Notes: generated by a model from the letters alone, not told the origin. A stretch of DNA of 64,000 nt from an uncultured Clostridia bacterium (GCA_905235205.1 CAJOKM010000004.1:1879-65878); one strand, 5' to 3'. Shown: positions 1-9,326, counted from the stretch's first letter. Translations and numbers: made by a program.

Positions 1-677
1 TCGCGCTCCAGGATCGCGTTCAGATCGGCGTTTTTGCGGCGGATCGTTTCCATCGTACCGTCGCGCAAAAGAAGACAGACGTCGCCGCTCTGGTGAAGCG
101 ACGCGCGATGCACCGTGCCGTTGCGGATCACGAGCGAATCGTTGTGATGCCCGTAATAATCGCCGGAGATCGCAAGCAGCGAATCGGTTCGTCTTGCCAT
201 GTCTGCGACCTCGCCGTGCCCCGTCCTGGAGAAGTTGCCGTTAAAGCTCTCGGTGCGGATCTGCGTGACGTTGTCGACAAAAACGTCGCCCACATAGTAT
301 GTGACACGGTCCTGAAAATTCCGGGTGTCCGCGACGGCTCTTACGCTCACGGAAAGCGAGGGACTCCGGTACGAGGATTCGGTCGACAGAACGCCGTCCA
401 GCCAGAACGACGCGCCGGCCGGTGAAAGCTGCCGTTCGGATTCGGGCGCGGGATCTGAAGCGGGAACGAGCAAAGACTCCCCGGCAGGCGTTGCGGCGGC
501 TTGCGTCGCCGATGTCCGAAGCGGAGCGGGCGTCGCCACGTCCATCGTAACGGCGGAGGAATCCGGTTCCGGCAGAAAACGAAGACACAGAATGTACACG
601 CCAAGTCCCGCCAGTACGGCGAGGACACAGCAGAACAGTATGATGACCGGAGCGCAGGTGCGGGAGTGATCCTTCAT
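1..677 (-). CDS. phosphodiester glycosidase family protein (DUF2233/NAGPA-like), N-terminal part; 3' end lies beyond the window edge
   Basis: Frame is open from ATG 677 to the left edge, so it is absent from the ORF track. It starts MKDHSRTCAPVIILFCCVLAVLAGLGVYIL (signal anchor) and contains LLAISGDYYGHHNDSLVIRNGTVHR, the INGDYYG...VIRNG signature of this family. ATGA overlap with the mntP stop. Confidence 0.6.
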   Translation of the reverse strand, partial: MKDHSRTCAPVIILFCCVLAVLAGLGVYILCLRFLPEPDSSAVTMDVATPAPLRTSATQAAATPAGESLLVPASDPAPESERQLSPAGASFWLDGVLSTESSYRSPSLSVSVRAVADTRNFQDRVTYYVGDVFVDNVTQIRTESFNGNFSRTGHGEVADMARRTDSLLAISGDYYGHHNDSLVIRNGTVHRASLHQSGDVCLLLRDGTMETIRRKNADLNAILER

Positions 678-1321
678 AGCCATAGAATATGCGGCGCTGC
701 GAGGGCGGATTCAATCTTGCCGCATTGCAAAAAAGATGGAAGGATGCCGAGCGTTTCCAAAGCGATCTTTAAGCCGATCGTCATAAGCACGATGCCGCCG
801 GCGATCGTTGCGGCTTTATGATACTTCAGACCGAAGCGGTTGCCGATCCGGACCCCGAGCAGGGACAGCGCGAACGTTATTGCGCCGATCATGAAAACCG
901 CAAAGAAGATGCTCGTGCCGCCGTGCAGCCAAACGATTCCCTCCTGCATCGAGAAGGTCACGCCGACGGCGAACGCATCGATGCTGGTTGCGACGGCGAG
1001 CATGAAAAGCTTTCCGATCGTTGCGGCGCCGGAGGGCGCTTTAGCCTCCTGATCATGGATTCCGTCAACCAGCATTTTGATCCCGAGAATCAGCAAAAGC
1101 GCGCATGCGATCCACGGACCGATCGTGATGAACGAGGCGAACGTGGAGCCGAGCGCAAACCCCAGAAGCGGCATCAGCGCCTGGAATCCGCCAAAGAACA
1201 GAGCGATCAGAAGCGCGTTCTTGATCAGCAGCTTCTGCATGGAAACGCCCTGGCACATAGATACGGCGAACGCGTCCATGGAAAGTCCGACGCCGATGAA
1301 CAGAATATCGGAAAAGGTCAT
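674..1321 (-). CDS. mntP: manganese efflux pump MntP family protein
   Basis: ORF 674..1378; preferred start is ATG 1321 with GGAGG 6 nt upstream. Duplicated GLSMDAFAVS / ATSIDAFAVG motifs and six hydrophobic helices. Confidence 0.85.
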   Translation of the reverse strand: MTFSDILFIGVGLSMDAFAVSMCQGVSMQKLLIKNALLIALFFGGFQALMPLLGFALGSTFASFITIGPWIACALLLILGIKMLVDGIHDQEAKAPSGAATIGKLFMLAVATSIDAFAVGVTFSMQEGIVWLHGGTSIFFAVFMIGAITFALSLLGVRIGNRFGLKYHKAATIAGGIVLMTIGLKIALETLGILPSFLQCGKIESALAAPHILWL

Positions 1322-1411
1322 ACCCGCCTCCGTAAACGATAACGCATTCAGTATAGCAAAGAACGAGCCGAAGCGCAATCATTCCCAATCAATTTTAACA
1401 TTTTTACCGAC

Positions 1412-1440
1412 TTTACAGAACGTTTTTGACACGGTATACT
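1412..1440 (+). promoter_or_regulatory. sigma-A type promoter for the PP-loop ATPase gene
   Basis: TTTACA (1412-1417), 17-nt spacer, TATACT (1435-1440), 28 nt upstream of ATG 1468. Confidence 0.5.
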
Positions 1441-1467
1441 GAAATAAAAGAAAGGAACGGTAACGGT

Positions 1468-2223
1468 ATGAAACGGATTTTGGGCAGTATTCGAAGGGCG
1501 GACGAAAAGTTTCGTCTGATTGAGGACGGGGACCGTATCTGCGTCGGCGTGTCGGGCGGCAAGGATTCCCTGCTTCTGATGCAGGCGATGAAGCTGTATC
1601 AGCGGTTCTCCTATACAAAGTTTGACGTGATCGCGATCATGCTCGATCTCGGACTCAAGTATCAGAATACAGCGCCGATCCACGCATACGCGGATCGCAT
1701 CGGCATTCCGTTCGAAGTGATCCCGACGGAGATCGGCAAGGTCGTATTCGAATACCGCGCAGAGCGCTCTCCGTGCGCGCTGTGCGCAAAACTGCGCCGC
1801 GGCGCACTGAACACGGCGGCAAAACAGCGCGGGTGCAACAAGGTCGCGCTCGGACACAACCGGGAAGACGTTCTGGAGACGTTTCTGATGTCGCTTTTAT
1901 ACGAGGGACGCATGAACACGTTCGCGCCGATCACGTATCTGTCCCGAAAGGACATTACGCTGATCCGCCCGATGATCTACGTGCCGGAAAAATACTGCCT
2001 GTCCGTCGCGCGGCAGATGGAACTGCCGGTCCTGCCGCCCAACTGCGACGTTGCGGGGCATACGAAGCGCGAAGAAGCGAAAGAACTCATTAAGTATCTC
2101 TGCACGATTGTGCCGGATGCGGACGCAAAAATGATGCATGCGATCACCAACACCGAGAAATACGGGCTGTGGGATCGCATGCGGATCAAGCAGACAAGAG
2201 GGGAAACGCAAGAGGACGAATAA
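1468..2223 (+). CDS. PP-loop ATPase, tRNA 2-thiocytidine biosynthesis TtcA family
   Basis: ORF 1426..2223, start moved to MKRILG. Contains the SGGKDS PP-loop, CALCAKLRRG cysteine motif and LGHNREDVLETFLMS. Confidence 0.8.
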   Translation: MKRILGSIRRADEKFRLIEDGDRICVGVSGGKDSLLLMQAMKLYQRFSYTKFDVIAIMLDLGLKYQNTAPIHAYADRIGIPFEVIPTEIGKVVFEYRAERSPCALCAKLRRGALNTAAKQRGCNKVALGHNREDVLETFLMSLLYEGRMNTFAPITYLSRKDITLIRPMIYVPEKYCLSVARQMELPVLPPNCDVAGHTKREEAKELIKYLCTIVPDADAKMMHAITNTEKYGLWDRMRIKQTRGETQEDE

Positions 2224-2225
2224 GC

Positions 2226-2738
2226 TTACTGTCGGAATACGTGGGTTTCCTTCAGAAGCTGAGCGGTCAGCGCGTCGCGGTTCTCCTCGTTGATCGAATG
2301 GCAGACGGCGCGCGGGTGCGCGCGTACCGCGTCCAAAAAGGGCGTGGATTTGTCGCGCACGGCGGCGATCAGCAGCGGTGCTTGATCAAATAACCGCAGG
2401 ATCGCATCCGTAAAGACCGGCGAATTGCTTTCGAGAAATCCGAGCTCATCCAGCACGATCACTCCGTTGTACGGGAAATCCAGTTTGTCCGCAAACCGGT
2501 CGAACGCATCCGGGTACGCCGTGCTGCAGCCGCTTTTGCATTTCCCGATCAGGTTTTCCGTTGAAAAGCGGCGCGGCTCGCCGTAGCGGTGAATATAGAC
2601 CGGACAGAATCCGTCCGCGCCTTCGGCTTCCTTTTTGGTGATCATGCCGTATACAGGGACGGACAGACCGGAAATCAGCTTGCGGATCAGCGTCGATTTG
2701 CCGACGCCGTTGCTCCCTACGATCAGAATGTGCTGCAT
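2226..2738 (-). CDS. nucleoside-triphosphatase, THEP1/NTPCR-like P-loop protein
   Basis: In-frame start MQHILIVGSNGVGKSTL (Walker A) inside ORF 2226..3152, with AGGAGG upstream. Walker B is VIVLDELG. The upstream 137 codons of the ORF are R/S/P-rich junk. Confidence 0.7.
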   Translation of the reverse strand: MQHILIVGSNGVGKSTLIRKLISGLSVPVYGMITKKEAEGADGFCPVYIHRYGEPRRFSTENLIGKCKSGCSTAYPDAFDRFADKLDFPYNGVIVLDELGFLESNSPVFTDAILRLFDQAPLLIAAVRDKSTPFLDAVRAHPRAVCHSINEENRDALTAQLLKETHVFRQ

Positions 2739-2818
2739 ATCAAACCTCCTATACTGCTTGCAGTATACCGTATTTTGAACGACAACGCAACCGAACGAAA
2801 CAGGAAAGGAAAACGGAC

Positions 2819-3538
2819 ATGGAACAGCGCTTTTACTGGAACGAAGAACGGATCCGTTTCTTTTCCGACGCCGCGGAGCACAGCACGTTTTTCCGAACGT
2901 TAGCCGCGCTCCTTTCGGAACACATCCGCCCGGACGATCGCGTACTGGACGCCGGCTGCGGGCTCGGCTATCTGTCGACGGAGTTGACGAAGGTTTGCGC
3001 GCAGGTAACGGCGGTCGATCTCGAGCCGAAGGCGATCGACGCGCTGAAAGACCGCACACGCGATTTGAAAACGCTTCGCACGGTCTGCGCCGATGTTTTT
3101 CGGATTCCGCTTCCGTATGACGTGATCGTGTGCTGCCGGTTCGGTTCGACAACGGAGGCGCTGGAACTGTTTGACCGCTCCTGCGCGCGGGAACTGATTC
3201 TGATCAAACGACAGAGCCCTGACAGGAGATTTGACGCGTCCAAAGAGCGGCACGCCAGAACGGCGGCGGAAGCGGAGGCCATCTTACGCCGGCAGGGGAG
3301 ACCGTTTGAAGCACGGGACGTTACTTTGAACCTGGATCAGCCGTTTCGTTCCGTGGAGGACGCAGAGCGGTTCTTTCGCGCATACCGATCCGATCCGGAT
3401 ACAGCGCAGAGCGAACAGCTGCTTTTGAAACTTGAAAAGACCGGAGACGATGCGTTTCCGTATCGGTTTCCGGTCTCAAATGCCTTGCGGATCTTTTGGG
3501 TTCAAAAAGCGGCTGTCAGGGATTGCGATCGAACGTGA
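2819..3538 (+). CDS. class I SAM-dependent methyltransferase
   Basis: Motif I VLDAGCGLGYLS and the downstream VTAVDLEP acidic loop; 239 aa. Confidence 0.75.
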   Translation: MEQRFYWNEERIRFFSDAAEHSTFFRTLAALLSEHIRPDDRVLDAGCGLGYLSTELTKVCAQVTAVDLEPKAIDALKDRTRDLKTLRTVCADVFRIPLPYDVIVCCRFGSTTEALELFDRSCARELILIKRQSPDRRFDASKERHARTAAEAEAILRRQGRPFEARDVTLNLDQPFRSVEDAERFFRAYRSDPDTAQSEQLLLKLEKTGDDAFPYRFPVSNALRIFWVQKAAVRDCDRT

Positions 3539-4148
3539 CGCCGACGGTCTCGGGAAGGACGTCTGTGTGCGCAAGGATGCGGACGGAGTATGTCCCGAAT
3601 TCCTTGGCAAAGGACTCGTTCTTCTCCGCAACGGTCTGACACTGTTTCACGATCGTTTCGCTGTCAACGACCGAACCGTGAAAGACCGGCATCACCGCGT
3701 CGAACAGCGCGCGCAGCGCTTCGACCGATTCCCGGTTCTTTTGCCTGAGCGCTTCATGGACCGACGCCTCGCCTTCGGGGTCGGGGCACAGCGGGGTCAG
3801 AAATGACAGGGATACAATGCCTTTGCTGTCCGATTCCATGCCCATCTCGATCGGCACGCCGTTTGCGGCGGTCAGGTGATACCCGCCGTCCGCCCGTTCG
3901 ACGGAGAACCCGGCGTCGTCCAATGCGTTTAAGATATGCATGCCGCGGATCGACGCGTCCGGTGTCGGAGACGCCAGAGCGCTTGCTTCGACGGACGCAT
4001 CGGAAGATTGCGGTTTCTTGCCGTAATGCAGCGCAAGATAGACAAACAGCAGCACAATGAGACCGATCAGAACATACTCGACGATCTTCATGCGCTCGGT
4101 CTGAAGGAACCGCTTTGCTTTTTTCTTTGTTTTCCCGTCAGTCGACAT
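3516..4148 (-). CDS. hypothetical membrane-anchored protein
   Basis: 210 aa with a basic N-terminus, one TM helix (IVEYVLIGLIVLLFVYLAL) and an extracytoplasmic domain. Overlaps the upstream acyltransferase-like gene by 11 nt. Confidence 0.55.
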   Translation of the reverse strand: MSTDGKTKKKAKRFLQTERMKIVEYVLIGLIVLLFVYLALHYGKKPQSSDASVEASALASPTPDASIRGMHILNALDDAGFSVERADGGYHLTAANGVPIEMGMESDSKGIVSLSFLTPLCPDPEGEASVHEALRQKNRESVEALRALFDAVMPVFHGSVVDSETIVKQCQTVAEKNESFAKEFGTYSVRILAHTDVLPETVGVTFDRNP

Positions 4149-5082
4149 CGCGGCAAACCGTTTCCGGTTTTTCGTCCAGGACGTGCGGATTCTTGAGGTA
4201 CGTCTTCATCAGCTTGAACGCGGACGCGAGCGCAAAGCCGTCACAGATGCGTTCGTCGCATACGACGTTGTAATCGATGTATCGGCGCTGTACCGGCGTT
4301 CCGTTCTGCTTCAGCTCCGTCTGCACGCGCGGCGCGCCGAAGGAGAGAAAGATGGGGATGTTCCCGAAATTGTACAGATGATGGTAGACCGGCGGAATGC
4401 CGAGCGAGCCCATCGAGGTGATGAACATGGAGCCGTGGAACGGACTGATCTCGATCAGCTTTTTGGGGAGCAGGCCGAAATAATCCAGCAGCTTCAAAAG
4501 CCAGACCGCGTTTTTCAGCAGCAGACCGGGAATGAAATTTAAGATCTTCGCCGTGTTGTCGAAATTGCTGTCAGGATTCGCTTCTTTGTTTTCACTGATC
4601 AGCTTGGAGATCTTGTGATAGACGTCGTCTGCGGTATCGGTCGGCGAGAAATGCATTTTGACAATGGTTTCTTCCGCTTCAAGGGTCATTTCGCGCTTGA
4701 TGGTCAAAAGAACGACGATGTCGTTGTCGTGCGAGTAAACGCGCTGTCCGGACAGGAACCGGTTAACCATCGGACGCTGCGAAACGACGCGCACATACCC
4801 CGCAAGGATTACATGCATGATGCCGAAGCCGTTCAATCCCTGATTGCGCTTTTTGCGGATGTAGTTCTTGACTTCCGTGATCTCAAAAGAGTCGTGAAAA
4901 TAGACGCTTGCGCCGGAGCGATCCGGCATGATATACGGCGAAACCTTCGACATCGGCTGCAGCGAACGCAGACGGTACCCGTCCGAGCGATCGCCAAACC
5001 GGCGTTTCCGCTGAACCGGCTGCTCGAGCGCGCCGGCACCGGCAGGTAGTTCCGCACGTTTATGTTTTCTGTTTCTGCTCAT
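4138..5082 (-). CDS. 2-oxoacid dehydrogenase E2 / CAT-like acyltransferase catalytic-domain protein (stand-alone)
   Basis: 314 aa. The C-terminal block YNVVCDERICDGFALASAFKLM aligns to the DHRxxDG active-site motif of E2/CAT-fold acyltransferases. No lipoyl domain. Confidence 0.6.
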   Translation of the reverse strand: MSRNRKHKRAELPAGAGALEQPVQRKRRFGDRSDGYRLRSLQPMSKVSPYIMPDRSGASVYFHDSFEITEVKNYIRKKRNQGLNGFGIMHVILAGYVRVVSQRPMVNRFLSGQRVYSHDNDIVVLLTIKREMTLEAEETIVKMHFSPTDTADDVYHKISKLISENKEANPDSNFDNTAKILNFIPGLLLKNAVWLLKLLDYFGLLPKKLIEISPFHGSMFITSMGSLGIPPVYHHLYNFGNIPIFLSFGAPRVQTELKQNGTPVQRRYIDYNVVCDERICDGFALASAFKLMKTYLKNPHVLDEKPETVCRDVD

Positions 5083-5199
5083 ATTTACCCCCAGAGTATC
5101 TCATATCATCATACCAAATTCGGCTTTCTTTGGCAAGAGGTATTTCGGGTTGCAATCCGACCCGGGCGCCTGTATAATAGTGGAAAAGAGAGGTCGGTT

Positions 5200-7233
5200 A
5201 TGCGAAAGAATCCCGAGATTTTAGCGCCTGTCGGAACGGAAGGATCGCTTGAGGCGGCGGTGTACGCCGGCGCGGACGCGGTCTATTTCGGCGCGGGCGC
5301 ATGCAACGCAAGGCGAAACGCAGGGCAGTTTACGGGCGAACGGTTGCAGGATGCCGTGCGCTTCTGCCACGCGCACGGCGTGAGCGTGCATGTCACAGTC
5401 AATACGCTGGTGCGCGACGAGGAACGGAACGCCGTTGCCGATACGATTGAGGAGATCGCAAGAGCGGGCGTGGACGCCGCGATCGTGCAGGACCTGTGCG
5501 TGATGAAGCTGATCCAAAAGATCTGCCCGTCGCTTCAGATGCACGGATCGACGCAGATGGCGGTGCATAATATCAGCGGCGTACGGGAGCTTGCCGATCT
5601 CGGGTTTTCGCGCGTCGTGCTTGCGCGGGAGCTTTCGATCGGGGAGATCCGCGCGATCCGGCAGGAAACGAACGTGGAGCTTGAGTGTTTCGTGCACGGC
5701 GCGCTGTGTATGAGCGCGTCGGGCATGTGCTATCTGTCCGCCATGCTCGGAGAGCGAAGCGGAAACCGCGGACTGTGCGCACAGCCGTGCAGACTTCCGT
5801 TCACCTGCAACGGGTCAGACTATGCGCTGTCGCTAAAGGACATGTCGCATATCGCGCACTATGCCGAATACCGTGAAATCGGCGTCGATTCGCTGAAGAT
5901 CGAGGGTCGGCTGAAATCGCCCGAGTACGTTGCGGCGACTGTCGACGCGGTGCGCCGCGTACGCGACGGCGAGCCGTACTCCGAGGAGATGCTGAGGAGC
6001 GTGTTCTCAAGAAGCGGGTTTACCGAAGGATACTATCGCGCAGAGCGCAATCATACCATGTTCGGCGTGCGCACCGAAGCGGACGCGAAACGTTCAAAGG
6101 AAGCGGTATCCGACGTGCGCGCGCTGTACCGCGCGCCGCAAAAACGCGTGCCTGTCCGCGCAGAAATCGAGATCCGCGCGGGGCAAGCTGCATCGCTTTC
6201 CGTTTCGGACGGAACGCACACGGTCAAAGCCTCGGGCGACGTTCCCGAGCCTGCCGTGCATGCGCCGCTTTCGGAGGAATCCGTGAAAAAGAGCATCGCA
6301 AAAACGGGCGGGACCCCGTTCTATCTGGATGCGTTCAACTGTGCGCTCGACCCGGGGCTTATGCTTTCCGCATCCTCGCTGAATACGTTGCGCCGGACCG
6401 CGCTCGACGCGCTCTATGAGAAACGTGCCGAACCGCCGGAAAGAGAGATTTTGCATCCGATGCCGGAGCCTGATGGAGCTGTTCGGCGCAGCACGCCGGT
6501 CTTTTGCGTGCGGTATGCGTCAGAGAAGCAGTGGACGGACGATCCGCGTATCGCCTATTACAGCATGCCGCTGAACGTGCTCTTAAAGCATCCGGCGTAT
6601 ATACGGGAAAACGCCGCGGCGGAAGTGCCCGCGCTCGTGTATCCGGATGAGGAAAAGATTGTCGTCTCGAATCTGCTTGCGCTGCGGCAGCAGGGACTGC
6701 GCTATGCCGTTGCCGAGAACATCGGCGCGATCCGGTTGATCCGCGAGGCGGGACTCGTTCCGGTCGGCGGGTACGGACTGAACGTGACAAACAGCGACGC
6801 GATTTTAGAATACGCTAAGCGCGGCGTGCAGATGCAGTTTGTTTCCTTTGAGCTTTCCGCGCCGAAGATCCGCGATCTTTACAGCGCGATCCCGCTCGGC
6901 ATGATCGTTTCGGGGAGGCTTCCGCTGATGCAGCTTCGCGCGTGTCCCGCCAGAACCGACCGCGGCTGCGGATCGTGCGACGGACGTCCCGTCGTCGGCG
7001 ACCGCAAGGGCGCCGCGTTCCCGCTTGTCTGCCATGCGAGACAGTACTCGACGCTTTTGAACAGCGTGCCGCTGTACGTTGCGGACAAACAGCTTCCGCC
7101 GATCGACGCATACGCCGTGTATCTCACCGTCGAGTCGACGGACGAGGCGCGAGCGCTGATTCAAAATACGCTCGACCGCGCGGCGTACCCGGACGCGCAT
7201 ACGACCGGGCTTGCGTTCCGGAATCTTTTATAA
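5200..7233 (+). CDS. peptidase U32 family protein (RlhA/TrhP-type Fe-S hydroxylase family)
   Basis: Start MRKNPEILAPVG inside ORF 5062..7233. Contains AGADAVYFG, LKIEGRLKSPEYV and the cysteine cluster CFVHGALCMSASGMCYLS...CAQPCR. Confidence 0.85.
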   Translation: MRKNPEILAPVGTEGSLEAAVYAGADAVYFGAGACNARRNAGQFTGERLQDAVRFCHAHGVSVHVTVNTLVRDEERNAVADTIEEIARAGVDAAIVQDLCVMKLIQKICPSLQMHGSTQMAVHNISGVRELADLGFSRVVLARELSIGEIRAIRQETNVELECFVHGALCMSASGMCYLSAMLGERSGNRGLCAQPCRLPFTCNGSDYALSLKDMSHIAHYAEYREIGVDSLKIEGRLKSPEYVAATVDAVRRVRDGEPYSEEMLRSVFSRSGFTEGYYRAERNHTMFGVRTEADAKRSKEAVSDVRALYRAPQKRVPVRAEIEIRAGQAASLSVSDGTHTVKASGDVPEPAVHAPLSEESVKKSIAKTGGTPFYLDAFNCALDPGLMLSASSLNTLRRTALDALYEKRAEPPEREILHPMPEPDGAVRRSTPVFCVRYASEKQWTDDPRIAYYSMPLNVLLKHPAYIRENAAAEVPALVYPDEEKIVVSNLLALRQQGLRYAVAENIGAIRLIREAGLVPVGGYGLNVTNSDAILEYAKRGVQMQFVSFELSAPKIRDLYSAIPLGMIVSGRLPLMQLRACPARTDRGCGSCDGRPVVGDRKGAAFPLVCHARQYSTLLNSVPLYVADKQLPPIDAYAVYLTVESTDEARALIQNTLDRAAYPDAHTTGLAFRNLL

Positions 7234-7248
7234 AACAGATCTTTTTTT

Positions 7249-7281
7249 CAACCGTTCGATGAAATGTCGGACGGTTGTTTT
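7249..7281 (+). terminator. putative rho-independent terminator after the U32 gene
   Basis: Stem CAACCGT...ACGGTTG followed by TTTT. Confidence 0.4.
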
Positions 7282-7309
7282 CATATGCGGGAAAAACCAT
7301 ACATACAGT
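7281..7309 (+). promoter_or_regulatory. sigma-E-like sporulation promoter upstream of spoIIIAA
   Basis: TCATATG (7281-7287), 14-nt spacer, CATACAGT (7302-7309). This matches the B. subtilis mother-cell sigma-E consensus (TCATATT-N14-CATACAnT), about 20 nt before ATG 7329. Confidence 0.5.
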
Positions 7310-7328
7310 GAGAGCAGGAGGGACGAGC

Positions 7329-8249
7329 ATGGAACCGTGGAAAGCACAGTGGACGGCATTGCTGCCCAAACCCATATCGGAGGTGCTGCATCGCATTGAC
7401 GAAACAGAACCGCTTTTAGAGATCCGTCTGCGGCGCGACGCGCCGATGGAGCTTGTGTTCGAGGACGCGGATCGGATCGTATACGGCAACAACGGCGCGC
7501 CGATGACGACGGCGGAGGATCTTCGGCAGATCTGCGCGCGCCTGACGGAGTTTTCGGCGTTTGCCTGGGAGAATGAGAAGCGGAGCGGATTTGTCACGGT
7601 CGGCGGATGCCGTGTCGGACTGTCCGGACGCATGATCCGCTCGGAAAAGGGTGTTTTAGGGTTTTCATCGGTCTCGGGACTGTGCATTCGTATCGTGCGG
7701 GAGAAAATCGACTGCGCAAAGGATTTGTCGAGCGCGCTGATGCGCGACGGGCGGCTGCTTTCCTCGATCCTGGTCTCACCGCCGGGATGCGGCAAAACGA
7801 CGCTTTTGCGCGATCTGATCCGGATTGCGTCCGACGGATTGTACGGGGTACGCGCAAGCCGCGTCGGCGTCGCGGATGAACGGTTCGAGCTCTCGGGCGG
7901 GTCCGACGGTTCCGTGCCGTTCGATCTGGGCGTACGGACCGACGTCGTTTCGGGGATTGCAAAGGCGGACGCGATGGTGCGGATTCTGTCCACGCTCTCG
8001 CCCGAGATCCTTGCGATGGACGAATTGAACGACCGGCGCGACTGCGACGCGCTGCTGGACGCGCACGGCAGAGGCGTGACGGTGCTTGCGACCGCGCACG
8101 GCAGCGACAGAGAAGACCTCATACGCCGACCGATGCTCCGGATGCTGTTCCGCGAACGCGTGTTCGAGCGGATCGCGGTTTTGCACGGCATCGGAAAACT
8201 GAAAGCCGTGTATGACGAAACCGCCGCGCGAACGGAAGTGCGCAGGTGA
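7329..8249 (+). CDS. spoIIIAA: stage III sporulation protein AA (ATPase)
   Basis: Start MEPWKAQW with AGGAGG upstream. Walker A SPPGCGKTTLLRDL and Walker B ILAMDEL; first gene of the 8-gene spoIIIA order. Confidence 0.9.
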   Translation: MEPWKAQWTALLPKPISEVLHRIDETEPLLEIRLRRDAPMELVFEDADRIVYGNNGAPMTTAEDLRQICARLTEFSAFAWENEKRSGFVTVGGCRVGLSGRMIRSEKGVLGFSSVSGLCIRIVREKIDCAKDLSSALMRDGRLLSSILVSPPGCGKTTLLRDLIRIASDGLYGVRASRVGVADERFELSGGSDGSVPFDLGVRTDVVSGIAKADAMVRILSTLSPEILAMDELNDRRDCDALLDAHGRGVTVLATAHGSDREDLIRRPMLRMLFRERVFERIAVLHGIGKLKAVYDETAARTEVRR

Positions 8250-8725
8250 AGGCGGTCGGGATCGCGCTGCTGTTCGGACTCTGTACGCTGTTCGGATTCC
8301 GGACCGCAGAAAAAAAGACGGTGCGGCTGAAAACCGTACGCGCGATGCTGCTGGAGCTGCAGGCGTTTTCCGATGCGATCATGACGGGCGGCGAAACGCT
8401 TCAACGGCTGTCAGAGCGATCCGGCGTTTTTTATTCGCTTCTTTCGGCGTATCTAAAGGAACTCGAACAAGGGAAGACGGAGACCGAGGCGGCGGAACTT
8501 GCCCTGGAAACCCTCAACGGAACCGGAGACGTGCAGGCGGCGCTCAAGCAGTTTCTGACGGGACTTTCCGGCGCGTCCGGCGCCGCGCTGCGAGGACGGA
8601 TTCACTCGCTGATGCCGGTTTTGCAGGCAGCGGAAACGGCGGCGGAAGCGGAAGCCGGGCAGGGGCGTGTGTTTCGGTGCATCGGCGTGCTGATCGGAGC
8701 GGGGCTGGCGATTCTATTGATGTAG
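8246..8725 (+). CDS. spoIIIAB: stage III sporulation protein AB
   Basis: GTG start overlapping the AA stop (GTGA); N- and C-terminal TM helices; position in the operon. Confidence 0.8.
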   Translation: MKAVGIALLFGLCTLFGFRTAEKKTVRLKTVRAMLLELQAFSDAIMTGGETLQRLSERSGVFYSLLSAYLKELEQGKTETEAAELALETLNGTGDVQAALKQFLTGLSGASGAALRGRIHSLMPVLQAAETAAEAEAGQGRVFRCIGVLIGAGLAILLM

Positions 8726-8734
8726 GGAGCGTTT

Positions 8735-8932
8735 ATGGATATCAATTTGCTGTTCAAGATCGCAGGGATCGGGATTCTCGTCGCGGTGATCGTACAACTG
8801 CTTCGGCAGAACGGACGCGAAGAACTCGCGACGGTTGCGGCGGTTGCCGGACTCGTCCTTGCGACCATGCTCGTGCTGTCCATGATTGTGTCGCTGCTGG
8901 AAACCGTGCGGCGCACGTTCGCCCTGTACTGA
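8735..8932 (+). CDS. spoIIIAC: stage III sporulation protein AC
   Basis: 65-aa two-TM protein MDINLLFKIAGIGILVAVIVQLLRQNGREE, typical of SpoIIIAC. Confidence 0.85.
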   Translation: MDINLLFKIAGIGILVAVIVQLLRQNGREELATVAAVAGLVLATMLVLSMIVSLLETVRRTFALY

Positions 8933-8933
8933 T

Positions 8934-9326
8934 ATGGAACGGCTTCTGCTGATTGCACTGGTCGGATCGGTCACCGCCGTCCTGCTGCGGGCGGTTCGAA
9001 CGGAGTACGCCGTTATCGTCGGGATCGTGACCGCGGTGCTTCTGCTCGTGTTCGGGATCGGATCGTTTACGGGGATCGCAAGCGTGTTCGAGCGTGCCTG
9101 CACGGAGTTTGGCGTATCGTCGGCGCTGCCTGCGTCCGCATTGAAGATTCTCGGACTCGCGTACCTGACCGATCTCGGCGTAAACATCTCGAAGGACGCC
9201 GGACAGCAGGCGATCGCCGGAAACCTTGAACTGGGCGGGCGGATCCTGATCGTATCGTGCGCGCTTCCGTCAATCGTATCGCTGTTGGAAACGGGCGCCG
9301 GGCTGATTCGGGAGACGCTCACATGA
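8934..9326 (+). CDS. spoIIIAD: stage III sporulation protein AD
   Basis: Start MERLLLIALVG inside ORF 8886..9326. Polytopic membrane protein with LKILGLAYLTDLGVNISKDAGQ. Confidence 0.85.
   Translation: MERLLLIALVGSVTAVLLRAVRTEYAVIVGIVTAVLLLVFGIGSFTGIASVFERACTEFGVSSALPASALKILGLAYLTDLGVNISKDAGQQAIAGNLELGGRILIVSCALPSIVSLLETGAGLIRETLT

Noticed and set aside
1322-1467. A possible yybP-ykoY manganese riboswitch upstream of mntP.
   Set aside because: The 146-nt divergent intergenic region contains two ordinary promoters (TTGCGC-N17-TATACT for mntP, TTTACA-N17-TATACT for the PP-loop gene) and a leader of only about 30 nt. None of the conserved GGGGAGUAG-type riboswitch blocks are present.
5147-5178. 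A candidate promoter for the U32 gene (TTGCAA ... TGTATAAT).
   Set aside because: The -35/-10 spacing would be 20 nt, and the TG is directly adjacent to TATAAT rather than in the extended -10 register. It is too uncertain to list as a feature.
7124-8404. A 426-aa minus-strand ORF covering spoIIIAA.
   Set aside because: It is antisense to a well-supported gene and its composition is extremely R/S/P/A-rich, which is typical of spurious open frames in high-GC DNA. The same reasoning applies to 8714..9595, 9319..10146, 14508..15488, 17192..18229, 22268..23026, 22827..23918, 47581..48537, 50898..51767, 51559..52590, 52876..53742 and 58184..59035.
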